The notes below the pieces were generated by a model, which was given only the letters and a program-made list of their open reading frames with translations, was not told the origin of the DNA and did not search any database. A stretch of DNA of 64,000 bases from Candidatus Acidiferrum sp. GTDB taxonomy: Bacteria > Acidobacteriota > Terriglobia > Acidiferrales > UBA7541. Positions 1 to 10,062 of the stretch are shown here, piece after piece. The stretch spans positions 9,507-73,506 of the forward strand of contig DASZZI010000055.1 of assembly GCA_035544995.1 (NCBI GenBank), written 5' to 3'. The first letter of the stretch is position 1. Each line of letters begins with the position of its first letter. The position numbers were made by a program, and so were the translations under genes.

Positions 1-1
1 C

Positions 2-1990
2 TTGCGTCACAAGTGTGTAAGTGGCGCTGGCCACGGGGCTCAGCAGGAAGTTTGGCGCCGTCGCGATGGCGTTGATCGTCGTCGTGGTTGTCACATTGAT
101 CGCGCCAATGTACTTCGTGGAAGCGGTCGTGGGCGTGCTTCCGTCGGTGGTGTAGAAGATTTGAGCGCCCGGCGTTGGATCGGTGATGGTCACAGAGACC
201 GACGGATTGAACGACTGGCTCCCCGGGGTGATTACCGGCGTTGCCGCCGGCTGTTGACCGTTCAGGAGGCCGAACACACTCACCTGGAATTCCGCGCCCA
301 CGTACACCTTGCCGTTGATCACCGTGGGCACAGTAAACTTCACGGCATTTCCCGGATTGTCGCGGGTCACATTGTTATCGCTCGAATAGAGCGTTGTCGA
401 AACGATTGTCGCGTCATGTGCAAAAAGCACTTCTCGCCCCTGCGAGGAATACGCGTCACTCTTAATGCTCCACACAATTCCATTCGTCGCCCCGTTCGCG
501 GATACCGTGGGCGTCGCTCCCGGGAACCCATACGATTCCGACGATGACGAAGTCGGATTCGAGGAAAGCACACCGTTGACAATCGAGAATGCTTTCAGCC
601 TGTCTCCGCTGCCCCAGTAATACAAGTTTCCATTCCAATAGGCCGGCATGCTCCACATGCCTGCCACGCTCGCTTTTTCGCCGGGATCAGTTGTGTTGTT
701 CGGGTTATAGCCCCCAAGATTCTCTCGATCGAGCAGATACACTCGGCCCGTTTTGCCCACTTGCGTCAACAAGTGCTTTCCGCCGCCAACCGCATCAGGA
801 AGAAGCAGCACGCCACCCGACGCTTGATCCGTATCTCCATTGTTCAAGTTGGCCTGGTCATGCGGAGTGAAATCATCCCCCACTACCGTGCCACCGGAAT
901 TCATGGTCGGCACGCCGCTCGAAAGATCCAGCTTGATAATGGAATCGCCGTAATTCATGGTGTTGTCGTAGATCAACGGCACCGTTGTATTCACGGGGGC
1001 GCTGTGAGAGCCGTTTCCTGTCGAAGTGAACATCCGCCCGAAGGGCTGCCCAGCCGGGACGTCCGCGGCAAGTCCCGACCCCGACATCCAGATGCCGTCT
1101 GCGCTGCCGTTTGGTGATGCGCACCAGACACCGGTCCGCTGCAGATTCGATGCGTTGTACGCCAGAATCCAACCGTGCCACGGCCCGTTGTCGCCGTGCG
1201 ATCCAAATCCCAGGTAGACGATTCCGTTCAGCAGCAACAAACCCGGACGGTTGTTTTCCCACTTCGGGTCCCAGGCCAAAGTGCCCGCCGAACTGCCGCT
1301 TCCGTTCCCCTGCACCGAGCCAGACAGCATCATCGGACCGCCAAACTTTTCCGCGCCCGTGGTAATGTCCAGTGCATGTAGCCGCTGAACGTATGGTCCG
1401 CCAGGATTCGAAGGTTCTTTTGTCTTGCCCACGACGTATAGCGTGTTCGTTACGGGGTCGATTACTGGCGTGCCGGTGATCCCAATTTCCGGCACTATAT
1501 CTCCGGTGCTCACGTCGCCATTCGGCACGGTCGTCGCGCCTGACGTCGCTCCGTGGGCCGCGTCAAGCAGCGTGATGCGCCACAGCGGATTAGCATTTGC
1601 GCCCGTGCTGCTGTCCGCGTCGAACGCATAGACGCTGTCGTGTTCCGTCGCGATGAACAGCACGTTGTGAGTCGTTCCTGCTTGCGGCGTTCCGGTCCCC
1701 ATCGTCACGCCCGGCAGATACAGCGGCTGCGCGTACACCCAGCCGTCCACCGTGTACGAAAACAATTTTCCGAAGCCGTTCGGATTGGCGGTCATGCTGA
1801 TGTTCGCCGGCGTCAGGATCGTCTCGTTTGCGTTGAGGCCCGTGCGCGAGTTGTCGTAGTGCTGCGTCACCACATTCGTTTGCGCTATAGCGCACCACGC
1901 GCTCAGCAGCACGAGCGCGCACAACGCAGCGCTGATCCGCAAAATGCCTCTTGCGCGCCGTTTCACATGCCGCGCATCCTTTTCGTTCAT
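2..1990 (-). CDS. Secreted PQQ-like beta-propeller protein with C-terminal chitobiase/Fn3-associated repeat (runs off the left edge, not in ORF track)
   Basis: Manual translation from ATG 1990: MNEKDARHVKRRARGILRISAALCALVLLSAWCAIAQTNVVTQHYDNSRTGLNANETILTPANI...FGKLFSYTVDGWVYAQPLY...EIGITGTPVID...NGKVYVG, then ATPVITPGSQSFNPSVSVTITDPTPGAQIFYTTDGSTPT; frame open to the window edge. Confidence 0.8.
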   Translation of the reverse strand, partial: MNEKDARHVKRRARGILRISAALCALVLLSAWCAIAQTNVVTQHYDNSRTGLNANETILTPANISMTANPNGFGKLFSYTVDGWVYAQPLYLPGVTMGTGTPQAGTTHNVLFIATEHDSVYAFDADSSTGANANPLWRITLLDAAHGATSGATTVPNGDVSTGDIVPEIGITGTPVIDPVTNTLYVVGKTKEPSNPGGPYVQRLHALDITTGAEKFGGPMMLSGSVQGNGSGSSAGTLAWDPKWENNRPGLLLLNGIVYLGFGSHGDNGPWHGWILAYNASNLQRTGVWCASPNGSADGIWMSGSGLAADVPAGQPFGRMFTSTGNGSHSAPVNTTVPLIYDNTMNYGDSIIKLDLSSGVPTMNSGGTVVGDDFTPHDQANLNNGDTDQASGGVLLLPDAVGGGKHLLTQVGKTGRVYLLDRENLGGYNPNNTTDPGEKASVAGMWSMPAYWNGNLYYWGSGDRLKAFSIVNGVLSSNPTSSSSESYGFPGATPTVSANGATNGIVWSIKSDAYSSQGREVLFAHDATIVSTTLYSSDNNVTRDNPGNAVKFTVPTVINGKVYVGAEFQVSVFGLLNGQQPAATPVITPGSQSFNPSVSVTITDPTPGAQIFYTTDGSTPTTASTKYIGAINVTTTTTINAIATAPNFLLSPVASATYTLVTQ

Positions 1991-2599
1991 TCGCGACGAA
2001 CTATTTATCGTTTGGAAAAAAAACATGGTGGCGTCGCCTCTCTCGAAAAAGATTGATCTGAATCTTGCGTCGAGCACTTCGCTGCGCAAGACTGGTCTTG
2101 CAATCGGAATTTCGTCCATCGGGAGGACGGCGAACCTGGCCTGATAGAGTACGCTCTCTCAGAATTTGAGAGGGACGGACGACAATGCGCGGGAGTATAC
2201 AGACGCTCCCGCTCCTCTGGCAACGCAGAAATCCCGGACAACCTCATTTTTTCGGGTTGATGGTACCGATAGTACGGGGGCAGCCATTCTAGCACTCTGA
2301 GCATTCCGGTAGGCATTATCGTGGCAGGTTAGGGTCCAATCTCACCACTCAGACCAAATCCGGGGGATTCGTAGGCGCCTGATAACACATGGTTTGTAGC
2401 TTGCGCGGAGGAATGATGGAACGCCTCCCTCGGACCGTGGAATTTTTATGCCGACTCCCGCCACAACGTTTCTACCAGTTTTCCTCTTCGCTTCGACCTT
2501 CTGGTGTACATTCCTCGCTCCGGCTGGCGCCGCTTCTCCCGCGCCCTTTCGCGATCCCTGCAGGCAGGCTAAAATGTCGCTCGCAATCAGGAGGATCAA

Positions 2600-4855
2600 A
2601 TGCGCTCGCGGCTCCACTTTTCGACTTATCTCTTGCTCATCTCCACCCTGCTTCTCAGCGCGAGTCGCCCTCCATTTTCCGCAGCGCAACAACCTCAAGT
2701 GCAAGCACCGCCTCCAACGGGAGGCGTCCTCACTGTGGAACGCATCTATTCACAGCCCAGTTTGAGCGGCCACCTGATTCGCGGCTTCGCCTGGACTCCG
2801 GATGGCAAACAACTGAGCTTTTTCCGCGATATCCCGCCCGGGCGCGGTCAAAAAGCCCGAAACGAACTTTGGATTCTGGATGCCGCTTCTGGCCAAGGTC
2901 AACTTCTCATCTCCGCCGAAAAACTCGAATCCGTATTGCCCGCCGAGACTGGAAAAGCGACGCAAGCAACTGGCCTCGGTCGCCGCGCACCTTCGCAATA
3001 CCAGTGGGCGCCTAGCGGCGCGGCGATTCTTTTCCAGAGTTCGACCTCACTCGCATGGTTCGACGTCAAAACCGAGACCGCCCGCACACTCCTTTCCGGG
3101 AAAGAAAACATCGCCGATCCAAAAATTTCCCCCGATGGCCGCTACGTCAGCTTTGTACGCGGCCACAATTTGTGGCTGGTGGGCGTGGCTGATGGTAAGG
3201 AGCGCGCTCTCACCCAAAACGGCAGCGAAGAGATTCGCAAGGGCGATCTCGATTGGGTTTATCCCGAAGAACTGGATATCAAGACCGCTTACTGGTGGTC
3301 GCCCGATTCCTCCGCGGTCGCTTATCTCGAGATGGACGAGCGCAAAGTGTCGCGGTACCCGCTGGTCAATTTTTCTGCGTATGACGGCGATGCGGAAATG
3401 GAGCGTTATCCGGTGGCCGGCGGCGCCAATCCAATTGTTCGCGTCTTCGTTGCCTCCGTGAGCGGCGACGAGCCCCGCGTGATGGATACCGGCGCAGAAA
3501 CCGACATCTACATCCCGAGGGTCACCTGGCTGAATGACTCGAAACTCCTCGCCATTCAGCGCCTCAATCGGGAACAGACTGTTCTCGACCTGCTTATCGC
3601 CGACGCCGGCAGCGGCAAGAGCCGCAGTGCGCTCACCGAAAAAGATCAGTACTGGATTAACGTCAGCGACGATCTCTATTTTTTCACGGATGGCAAGCGC
3701 TTTCTCTGGTCCAGCGAGCGTTCCGGATATCGCCACCTCTATCTTTACGGGCTCGAAGGAAAACAACTCGCACAACTTACGAAAGGCGACTGGGAAGTCT
3801 CCGCCCTTGAGGCCGTCGACGAATCCAAGGGCCTCATCTATTTCACCGCCACGGAGAAATCGCCGCTTGAGCGGCAGCTCTATCGCGTGGCCCTCGATGG
3901 CTCACGTTTCGCGCGCGTTACGAAGGACGACGGCACGCATCATGTCAATATTGCCCCCAACGGCGTGGCTCTCATCGACACCCATTCGAACAGCATGACG
4001 CCGCCGCGCCAGGACCTCTTGCGCGCCGATGGTTCCCGCATCACCGCCATCAACGAAAACAAAGTCGCCGAGCTCGCTGAATACCATCTCTCGCCCGTCG
4101 AATTCCTCAGCGTTAAATCCCACGACGGCATGCCGCTCAACGCCATGATGATTAAGCCTGCCGGCTTCGATCCGGCAAAAAAATATCCCGTCCTGGTTTA
4201 TACGTACGGCGGTCCCCGTATCCAGGTCGTCCTCAACGCCTGGGGCGGCAGCACGTTCCTCTGGCATGAACTCCTCGCCCAGAAGGGCTACATCATCTTT
4301 TCCCTCGATAACCGCGGCTCGGCAGGGCGTGGCCATCTGTTCGAAGAACCCATCCATTTTCGACTTGGCGCGCAGGAATTATCGGATCAGCGCGACGGCG
4401 CTGCCTACCTCAAGTCGCTCCCCTACGTCGACCCGAATCGGATCGGCATCTGGGGCTGGAGCTACGGCGGCCACATGACGCTTCACGCCATGTTCGAAGA
4501 CCCTGAAGATTTCAAGGTAGGATTTGCAGGCGGCCCGGTCACCGACTGGTATTACTACGACACGATTTACACCGAGCGTTACCTCGGCCTCCCGCAGAAG
4601 AACGGAGAAAGCTACCAGGAGTCTTCGCCGGTGAAAAACGCCGACCATCTTAAGGGCAAGCTGCTCATCGCCCACGGCACCGGCGACGACAACGTGCATT
4701 TCGCCAATACGCTCTCCGTGGTCGATAAGCTGATCGAGGCAGGGAAGTACGTCGAGGTGATGGCGTTCCCGGGCCGCGGCCACGGCGTTAGCGATCCTCC
4801 CGCCCTCCGCGTCCTGATGCAACGCGTGGCGCAATTTTTCCTCGACAATTTATGA
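2600..4855 (+). CDS. S9 family dipeptidyl-peptidase IV-like peptidase, secreted
   Basis: Signal peptide, beta-propeller, catalytic GWSYGG, DDNVH and GHG motifs. Confidence 0.93.
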   Translation: MRSRLHFSTYLLLISTLLLSASRPPFSAAQQPQVQAPPPTGGVLTVERIYSQPSLSGHLIRGFAWTPDGKQLSFFRDIPPGRGQKARNELWILDAASGQGQLLISAEKLESVLPAETGKATQATGLGRRAPSQYQWAPSGAAILFQSSTSLAWFDVKTETARTLLSGKENIADPKISPDGRYVSFVRGHNLWLVGVADGKERALTQNGSEEIRKGDLDWVYPEELDIKTAYWWSPDSSAVAYLEMDERKVSRYPLVNFSAYDGDAEMERYPVAGGANPIVRVFVASVSGDEPRVMDTGAETDIYIPRVTWLNDSKLLAIQRLNREQTVLDLLIADAGSGKSRSALTEKDQYWINVSDDLYFFTDGKRFLWSSERSGYRHLYLYGLEGKQLAQLTKGDWEVSALEAVDESKGLIYFTATEKSPLERQLYRVALDGSRFARVTKDDGTHHVNIAPNGVALIDTHSNSMTPPRQDLLRADGSRITAINENKVAELAEYHLSPVEFLSVKSHDGMPLNAMMIKPAGFDPAKKYPVLVYTYGGPRIQVVLNAWGGSTFLWHELLAQKGYIIFSLDNRGSAGRGHLFEEPIHFRLGAQELSDQRDGAAYLKSLPYVDPNRIGIWGWSYGGHMTLHAMFEDPEDFKVGFAGGPVTDWYYYDTIYTERYLGLPQKNGESYQESSPVKNADHLKGKLLIAHGTGDDNVHFANTLSVVDKLIEAGKYVEVMAFPGRGHGVSDPPALRVLMQRVAQFFLDNL

Positions 4856-4880
4856 CCTACGGCGGGTAGGAGCCACGGAA

Positions 4881-5840
4881 TTGCGCATCGAACGAATCAA
4901 CTACAGGGGCTGGCCTAATTCTCTTCGCATCAGCAACGATACCGTCGAGCTCATTGTCCTTACCGACGTTGGGCCGCGAATTATCTCTTACGGTTTTCTG
5001 GGCGGCACAAATCAGTTCCATGAAGTTCCTTCTCACGCCGGTCAGACAGGCGCCAAGGAATATGTCGCCTACGGCGGCCAGCGCTTATGGGTTTCGCCGG
5101 AAGTCGAGCGGACCTACTATCTAGATAACGTCGCGTGCGTGGTTCAGGAAGACTCAAATGGCGTCCGCGTCACCGCGCCCGCCGAAGGCCCTCCCCCCGG
5201 CACGCACTTGCAAAGAGAGATAGAGATCCAGCTTGCCTCCTCCGGTTCGCACGTTCGCGTTACGCATCGCATCTCCAATCACGATCAGCAGGCTACCCAA
5301 CTCGCACCATGGGCGATTTCCATGATGGCGCCGGGGGGCCGCGCTATTCTTCCACTCCCGCCAAAGGCTCCGCTCGACATGCAACATCTCTTGCCTGTCG
5401 GCCTCTTTGCCATGTGGTCGTACACGGATTTTGCCGACCCGCGCTGGCGCCTCGGCACGAAATACATTCAGTTGAGGCAGGAAGCGCATCCCATTGGCCG
5501 CTTCCGGGAGCAGATGGGCGGCATTTTCAATCCCGCCGGCTGGGGAGCCTATTTTCGAGAAGGGCATCTTTTCATGAAGCGAGTTTCGGTTTTCGAGGGC
5601 GCCCGCTATCCGGACCACGGCTGTAACTTTGAGCTGTATTCCGATCCCGAATTCCTCGAACTTGAAACGCTCGGCCCGGTCAGCGAGCTCTTGACCGGCC
5701 AAACAGCCACGCATGTGGAAGAATGGCGGCTCTGGCGGGTCGACAGCGCTGCGGTCGTATCGGAGGATTCTCCTAGAGGCGAGGAAGAGAACTGGATCGA
5801 TGCAATTATCTTCCCGAGACTGCAAGAGGGAATGGGCTGA
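4881..5840 (+). CDS. Conserved hypothetical protein, galactose-mutarotase-like fold (DUF4380-like)
   Basis: 319 aa from TTG; GPRII, GGQRLW and LELETLGP motifs; 25 bp after the peptidase. Confidence 0.6.
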   Translation: MRIERINYRGWPNSLRISNDTVELIVLTDVGPRIISYGFLGGTNQFHEVPSHAGQTGAKEYVAYGGQRLWVSPEVERTYYLDNVACVVQEDSNGVRVTAPAEGPPPGTHLQREIEIQLASSGSHVRVTHRISNHDQQATQLAPWAISMMAPGGRAILPLPPKAPLDMQHLLPVGLFAMWSYTDFADPRWRLGTKYIQLRQEAHPIGRFREQMGGIFNPAGWGAYFREGHLFMKRVSVFEGARYPDHGCNFELYSDPEFLELETLGPVSELLTGQTATHVEEWRLWRVDSAAVVSEDSPRGEEENWIDAIIFPRLQEGMG

Positions 5841-5975
5841 GGTGGCTTTTCTCAACCGGAGTCCAATCCATGCAACTTGAAACTACTTCCCGAAAAAAGA
5901 ACGGGGCACGGTCGTTGGACCACGCCCCGTTCTCGACGATTTTCTTTGAAGAATAAAACTATGTGGCGTTCAACC

Positions 5976-6473
5976 CTACCTCACGCCAGAGTACTCCACA
6001 TGGACGTACCGGCCCAGCCTGGGATTGAACAGCAGATACCAGCCCGGATGATGGTCATCGTCGTACACAAATACGTCGTCGCGGTCCCACCGCCAGTCGC
6101 GGCTACGGTCAATGTCATAGGGAGCGACAACCCAGTTTGAACGGTCGTAGAGCACCACGCGCCTGGTGCGGTAATCGATCGAAACGGAAACAAAGGAGCG
6201 CTTCACGTTTTCATAGCGCCCGTAGGGATAGCGATGGCCAGGCCGGATCCGGTCGTGGTCGTCGTCCCAATCCCGGTGATCATCGCGGTCGCCCTGTTTG
6301 TACCAACCCCTGTGCTTCCCGTTGTCGTGGTGTTCGTCCCTGTCTTTCCGATCATCACGATCGCGGCGGTCGTCACGATCTTGCCGGTGGTCATCCCGAT
6401 CCTGTCTTGGATTGGCGATCGCCAGCGTCCCGGCCAATGCCATCATCGCTGTGCTTGCAATTAATTTCCGCAT
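5976..6473 (-). CDS. Small secreted hypothetical protein with Asp/Arg/His low-complexity repeats
   Basis: Signal peptide MRKLIASTAMMALAGTLAIA, RDDR repeats, DNGKHRGW motif, aromatic C-terminal domain. Confidence 0.75.
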   Translation of the reverse strand: MRKLIASTAMMALAGTLAIANPRQDRDDHRQDRDDRRDRDDRKDRDEHHDNGKHRGWYKQGDRDDHRDWDDDHDRIRPGHRYPYGRYENVKRSFVSVSIDYRTRRVVLYDRSNWVVAPYDIDRSRDWRWDRDDVFVYDDDHHPGWYLLFNPRLGRYVHVEYSGVR

Positions 6474-6740
6474 GCTGCCTCTCTTTGGGAAAATATCAAA
6501 AAGACTCTCGGCTTAGTTCCTCTTCGGCCAATCGTCACGGTTTCGGAACGATAGGCCTGCTCTTGGCGGGTGGGTGCCAATATCATTTTCGCACAACTCC
6601 GGCGGCTCGCGCTCTCATTCCCAATCCCGCTTTTCTCATCAGGTACGGGCGACCCATGCGTCACAGCGATGGCGATCCCGCGTTTGCTTCTGCCTACTAC
6701 CGATAAGGCGCAAAGACTGGTTGACTTTCGGGGCCACTGT

Positions 6741-6760
6741 GATAAGCCTCGCCTATCAAT
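6741..6760. promoter_or_regulatory. Putative LysR autoregulatory box (T-N11-A)
   Basis: gATAAgcctcgcCTATcaat about 20 bp upstream of the lysR ATG; matches the box at 7810. Confidence 0.55.
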
Positions 6761-6778
6761 AGATCCAAGGGGCGGCCT

Positions 6779-7681
6779 ATGGAATTCAGACACCTGCGAT
6801 CGTTCCTCGCCGTGGCGGAACACCTTCATTTTCGCCGGGCCGCCGAATCGATCCACCTGAGCGAGCCAGCGCTCAGCGTACAGATCCGCGCATTAGAAGA
6901 GGAAATCGGAACGCAACTCTTCATCCGGGATCATCGAAAAACACTGCTCACTCCGGCGGGAGAAGTCTTCCTTGAGGAAGCGCGCGAGATCGTGATGCGG
7001 TCCGAGCGTGCGCTTGGCCGTGCCAGGCGAGCAGCACTCGGACAGGTCGGGATTTTGCGAGTGGGATTTGTTTCCACCGCTGCCGCGCTCTTAGTCCCGC
7101 AACTCGTATTGCGATTTCGTGAGCTTTATCCGGATGTGGAACTTGAGCTACGCAACGTTTTGACCGCCGATCAGGTCGTCCAATTGGGCCACCGGCAGCT
7201 CGATGTGGGACTCCTGCGGCTTCCGATTTCGGCGAATGAGGAAATAGAGACCACAATTGTGCACCGGGAGCCCTTTATTTTGCTGCTGCCCGCTTCTCAC
7301 CCCTTGACAGGGAAGCGCTTCCTTCGTCTTGAACACCTGCGCGATTCGAATTTCGTGATGTACGCGAGGAAACGAGCGCCAGGCTTCCACGACTGTATCC
7401 TTGGCATCCTCAATGACGCGGGATTCAGTCCCCATGTCGTACAAGAGGCGAGTGAAATGCCCACCATGGTTTCACTAGTAGCTGCGGGCCTGGGAATCGC
7501 GGTGGCGCCGAGTTCGATACAGTTACTCCACCACGTCCCGGGAGTTGTTGTCCGCAAGCTGCCCAGGAAGCTCCCTCTTTCAGAAATTGCTCTTGCTATC
7601 CGCAAAGACGACACTTCGCCCACGACGCGTTTATTCGTCGAACTGGTGCGCGCCACTCACGTTGTTCCGTCAAAGCGATAA
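6779..7681 (+). CDS. LysR-type transcriptional regulator (AlsR/HcaR-like)
   Basis: N-terminal MEFRHLRSFLAVAEHLHFRRAAESIHLSEPALSVQIRALEEEIG HTH plus substrate-binding domain. Confidence 0.95.
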   Translation: MEFRHLRSFLAVAEHLHFRRAAESIHLSEPALSVQIRALEEEIGTQLFIRDHRKTLLTPAGEVFLEEAREIVMRSERALGRARRAALGQVGILRVGFVSTAAALLVPQLVLRFRELYPDVELELRNVLTADQVVQLGHRQLDVGLLRLPISANEEIETTIVHREPFILLLPASHPLTGKRFLRLEHLRDSNFVMYARKRAPGFHDCILGILNDAGFSPHVVQEASEMPTMVSLVAAGLGIAVAPSSIQLLHHVPGVVVRKLPRKLPLSEIALAIRKDDTSPTTRLFVELVRATHVVPSKR

Positions 7682-7809
7682 ATCGAGAGAGACGGCAGAC
7701 CTCTTTCGGAACTCATGCAGCCCTCTGAGGACAACTGTGAAGCGTCTGCGCGAATCCAGCGTTTTGCCAGTGCAAAAGCCGTAATTTCTCCGATTGGAAA
7801 AATGGATTA

Positions 7810-7836
7810 ATAGCATTTTTCTATCAAGCTTGATAG
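7810..7836. promoter_or_regulatory. Putative LysR box ATAG-N7-CTAT overlapping a perfect 16-bp palindrome CTATCAAGCTTGATAG
   Basis: Read directly from the sequence, about 155 bp upstream of the accDA ATG. Confidence 0.6.
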
Positions 7837-7988
7837 CGATATTCGAATGGACTATTGCACGTTTATCTTCACAATCATCTTTGAGGCCGCAGCCGCGCAA
7901 TGTGCACGGCCGGGCGCTCGTCAGTTTTCTCTTTTCGCGCAGGCAGAGGACTTGCAGGAATTACGAGCGACTGGAAGAACAAATACGA

Positions 7989-9743
7989 ATGTTCCGGCCC
8001 AAAGGTCCAAAAATAGCCAGCGTTAAGTGTCCGGGCTGCAACACAGAGCACCCTGAGCTCACGCTGGCATTCTATCTATACGTTTGCCCAGCATGTAATC
8101 GCTATCTCGGGATGCCGTCGCAGGCTCGGATCGCGCTGCTCGCCGATGCAGGGACGTTTCGTGAGCTGGACCGGAAGCTCGTTTCCAAAGACCCACTGAA
8201 GTTCGTGGACTCCAGAGCCTACCGGGACAGACTGCGGGAGGCCCGGCTGGAAACTGGAGCTCGCGAGGCCGTGACCACCGGCCACTGCCAGATCGGAGGT
8301 CAACGTGCCATCTTGGTGGTTTTCGACTTTCGATTTCTGGGCGGCACCATGGGTTCCATTGTGGGAGAGAAAATCGCCAGCGCCTTCGAAGAGGCCATTA
8401 AGCAACGCATCCCGCTGGTGAGCGTAGCGGCCAGCGGAGGAGCTCGAGTCCAAGAAGGAATGTTTTCCTTGATGCAGATGGCCAAGGTGGCCGCAGCAGC
8501 CTCGCTTCACGATCGTGCAGGCCTCATCTTCGTTTCGATCCTGACGGATCCTACGTTCGGTGGTGTTACGGCGAGCTTCGCATCACTCGGCGACATCATC
8601 ATCGCTGAACCCGGTGCGCAGATTGGCTTTGTCGGGCCGCGAGTGATTGAACAGATTACCGGAGTTCCCCCGCCTAAGGATTCACACCATGCCGAAACTT
8701 TGCTTCGGGCAGGTCTAATCGATCTTGTCGTGGCCCGCCCGGACCTGCCGGCAGTGGTGGCTTATCTCACCAGCCGCTTGAAACGAGCGAAATACATGAA
8801 GAGCGGGAAGAAGGAGGAGGCGGCGCCGCCACCCAAGGGCCGCCGGCTGCCTGCCTGGCAACAAGTTGAACTGGCCCGGCACGCAGGACGTCCTACCGCC
8901 AGGTATTATATTTCGCGGATCACCTCGCACTTCCTGGAACTTCATGGAGATCGCTGGGGGGGAGATGATCCCGCAATCATCGGGGGCCTCGCGGAAATTG
9001 ATGGGGAGACGATGGTCATCGTTGCGCAAGAACGCGGGGGCACAGCGGCGGAGAAGGAAGCCTCCCATCGCGGCATGGCTTATCCGGAAGGCTATCGGAA
9101 GGCGCTGCGCCTGATGCAGCTCGCTGCCAAATTCGGAATTCCCGTCGTCACATTGATCGATTGTCCAAGCGCTCAGTCCAGCTATGACTCCGAACATCGC
9201 GGGATCGCCAACGCTTTGGCTCGAAACCTCGCCGGGATGTCATCTCTTCCCACGCCGATCGTGGCCGTGATTATCGGAGAAGGAGGCAGCGGTGGCGCTC
9301 TGGCGCTCGGGGTTGCTGACCGGATCCTCATGCTGGAGCATGCCATCTATTCCGTTATTTCTCCGGAAGGCGCGGCTGCAATTCTTTTTAGGGATGCCGG
9401 ACAAGCCGAGTCGGTCTCCGAGGTGCTCAAACTCACGGCGCACGATCTCCATTCGTTCGGCATCATCGACATTGTAGTTCCCGAGCCAGAGGGTGGAGCG
9501 CATCTCGACCCAGCGGCCACAGCCGCAGCTCTGAAGAGCCACATTCTTGCCGCTTTGCGTGAGATCGGAAACGTTTCTTCCCGCCGCCTCCTGGCCGATC
9601 GGTACAAGAAATTCCGCCACATCGGTCGAGGTGGCATCTTTTGGCGCGAGGTCGTCAGGAACAAAATCCGCGACGCATTTGGCGTTTTGGATCGCTTGCG
9701 GCCAGGGGCGCCAGCACGGCAGAGACGAACGCGGGGGCGGTAG
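7989..9743 (+). CDS. accDA: Fused acyl-CoA carboxyltransferase beta+alpha (AccD-AccA fusion)
   Basis: C4 zinc ribbon CPGC...CPAC, GGTMGSIVGEK, SGGARVQEG, DPTFGGVTAS (AccD), then ELHGDR, PEGYRKALR, GEGGSGGALA, YSVISPEG (AccA); start set at ATG 7989 within ORF 7794..9743. Confidence 0.9.
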   Translation: MFRPKGPKIASVKCPGCNTEHPELTLAFYLYVCPACNRYLGMPSQARIALLADAGTFRELDRKLVSKDPLKFVDSRAYRDRLREARLETGAREAVTTGHCQIGGQRAILVVFDFRFLGGTMGSIVGEKIASAFEEAIKQRIPLVSVAASGGARVQEGMFSLMQMAKVAAAASLHDRAGLIFVSILTDPTFGGVTASFASLGDIIIAEPGAQIGFVGPRVIEQITGVPPPKDSHHAETLLRAGLIDLVVARPDLPAVVAYLTSRLKRAKYMKSGKKEEAAPPPKGRRLPAWQQVELARHAGRPTARYYISRITSHFLELHGDRWGGDDPAIIGGLAEIDGETMVIVAQERGGTAAEKEASHRGMAYPEGYRKALRLMQLAAKFGIPVVTLIDCPSAQSSYDSEHRGIANALARNLAGMSSLPTPIVAVIIGEGGSGGALALGVADRILMLEHAIYSVISPEGAAAILFRDAGQAESVSEVLKLTAHDLHSFGIIDIVVPEPEGGAHLDPAATAAALKSHILAALREIGNVSSRRLLADRYKKFRHIGRGGIFWREVVRNKIRDAFGVLDRLRPGAPARQRRTRGR

Positions 9744-10062
9744 AATAATTTTGGAATTGCGGGCTGGCAGGCTCCTACAAGACGATCATCTCAAGAAGAC
9801 TTACTGCAGTGGCAGACTGGCATCCTCACGGATAATAAGGCTGGTCCAAATAGTCATCCGTCAGTCGGGATGAACCAAGATCAGCTCGCAGCCAGAGGTG
9901 AAACCGGCTGACGGCAGCAAACCATAAGAAGCTTCGGGCAGGCGTTCCCTGAACTGGTCAGGTGTCGCGAACCAATCGGCGTAGGCTTGATTCTTGGATC
10001 TTTCGAGCTCATTTCTGGCAGAATGCATCACTCTTTGGAAGAGACGGGGAGCGCGTTGAACA

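Noticed and set aside
2-1922. Short ORF-track calls in 2..1922 and the many antisense or overlapping ORFs throughout the window
   Set aside because: They are shadows of long genes in GC-rich DNA; the real gene here is the minus-strand frame open to the left edge.
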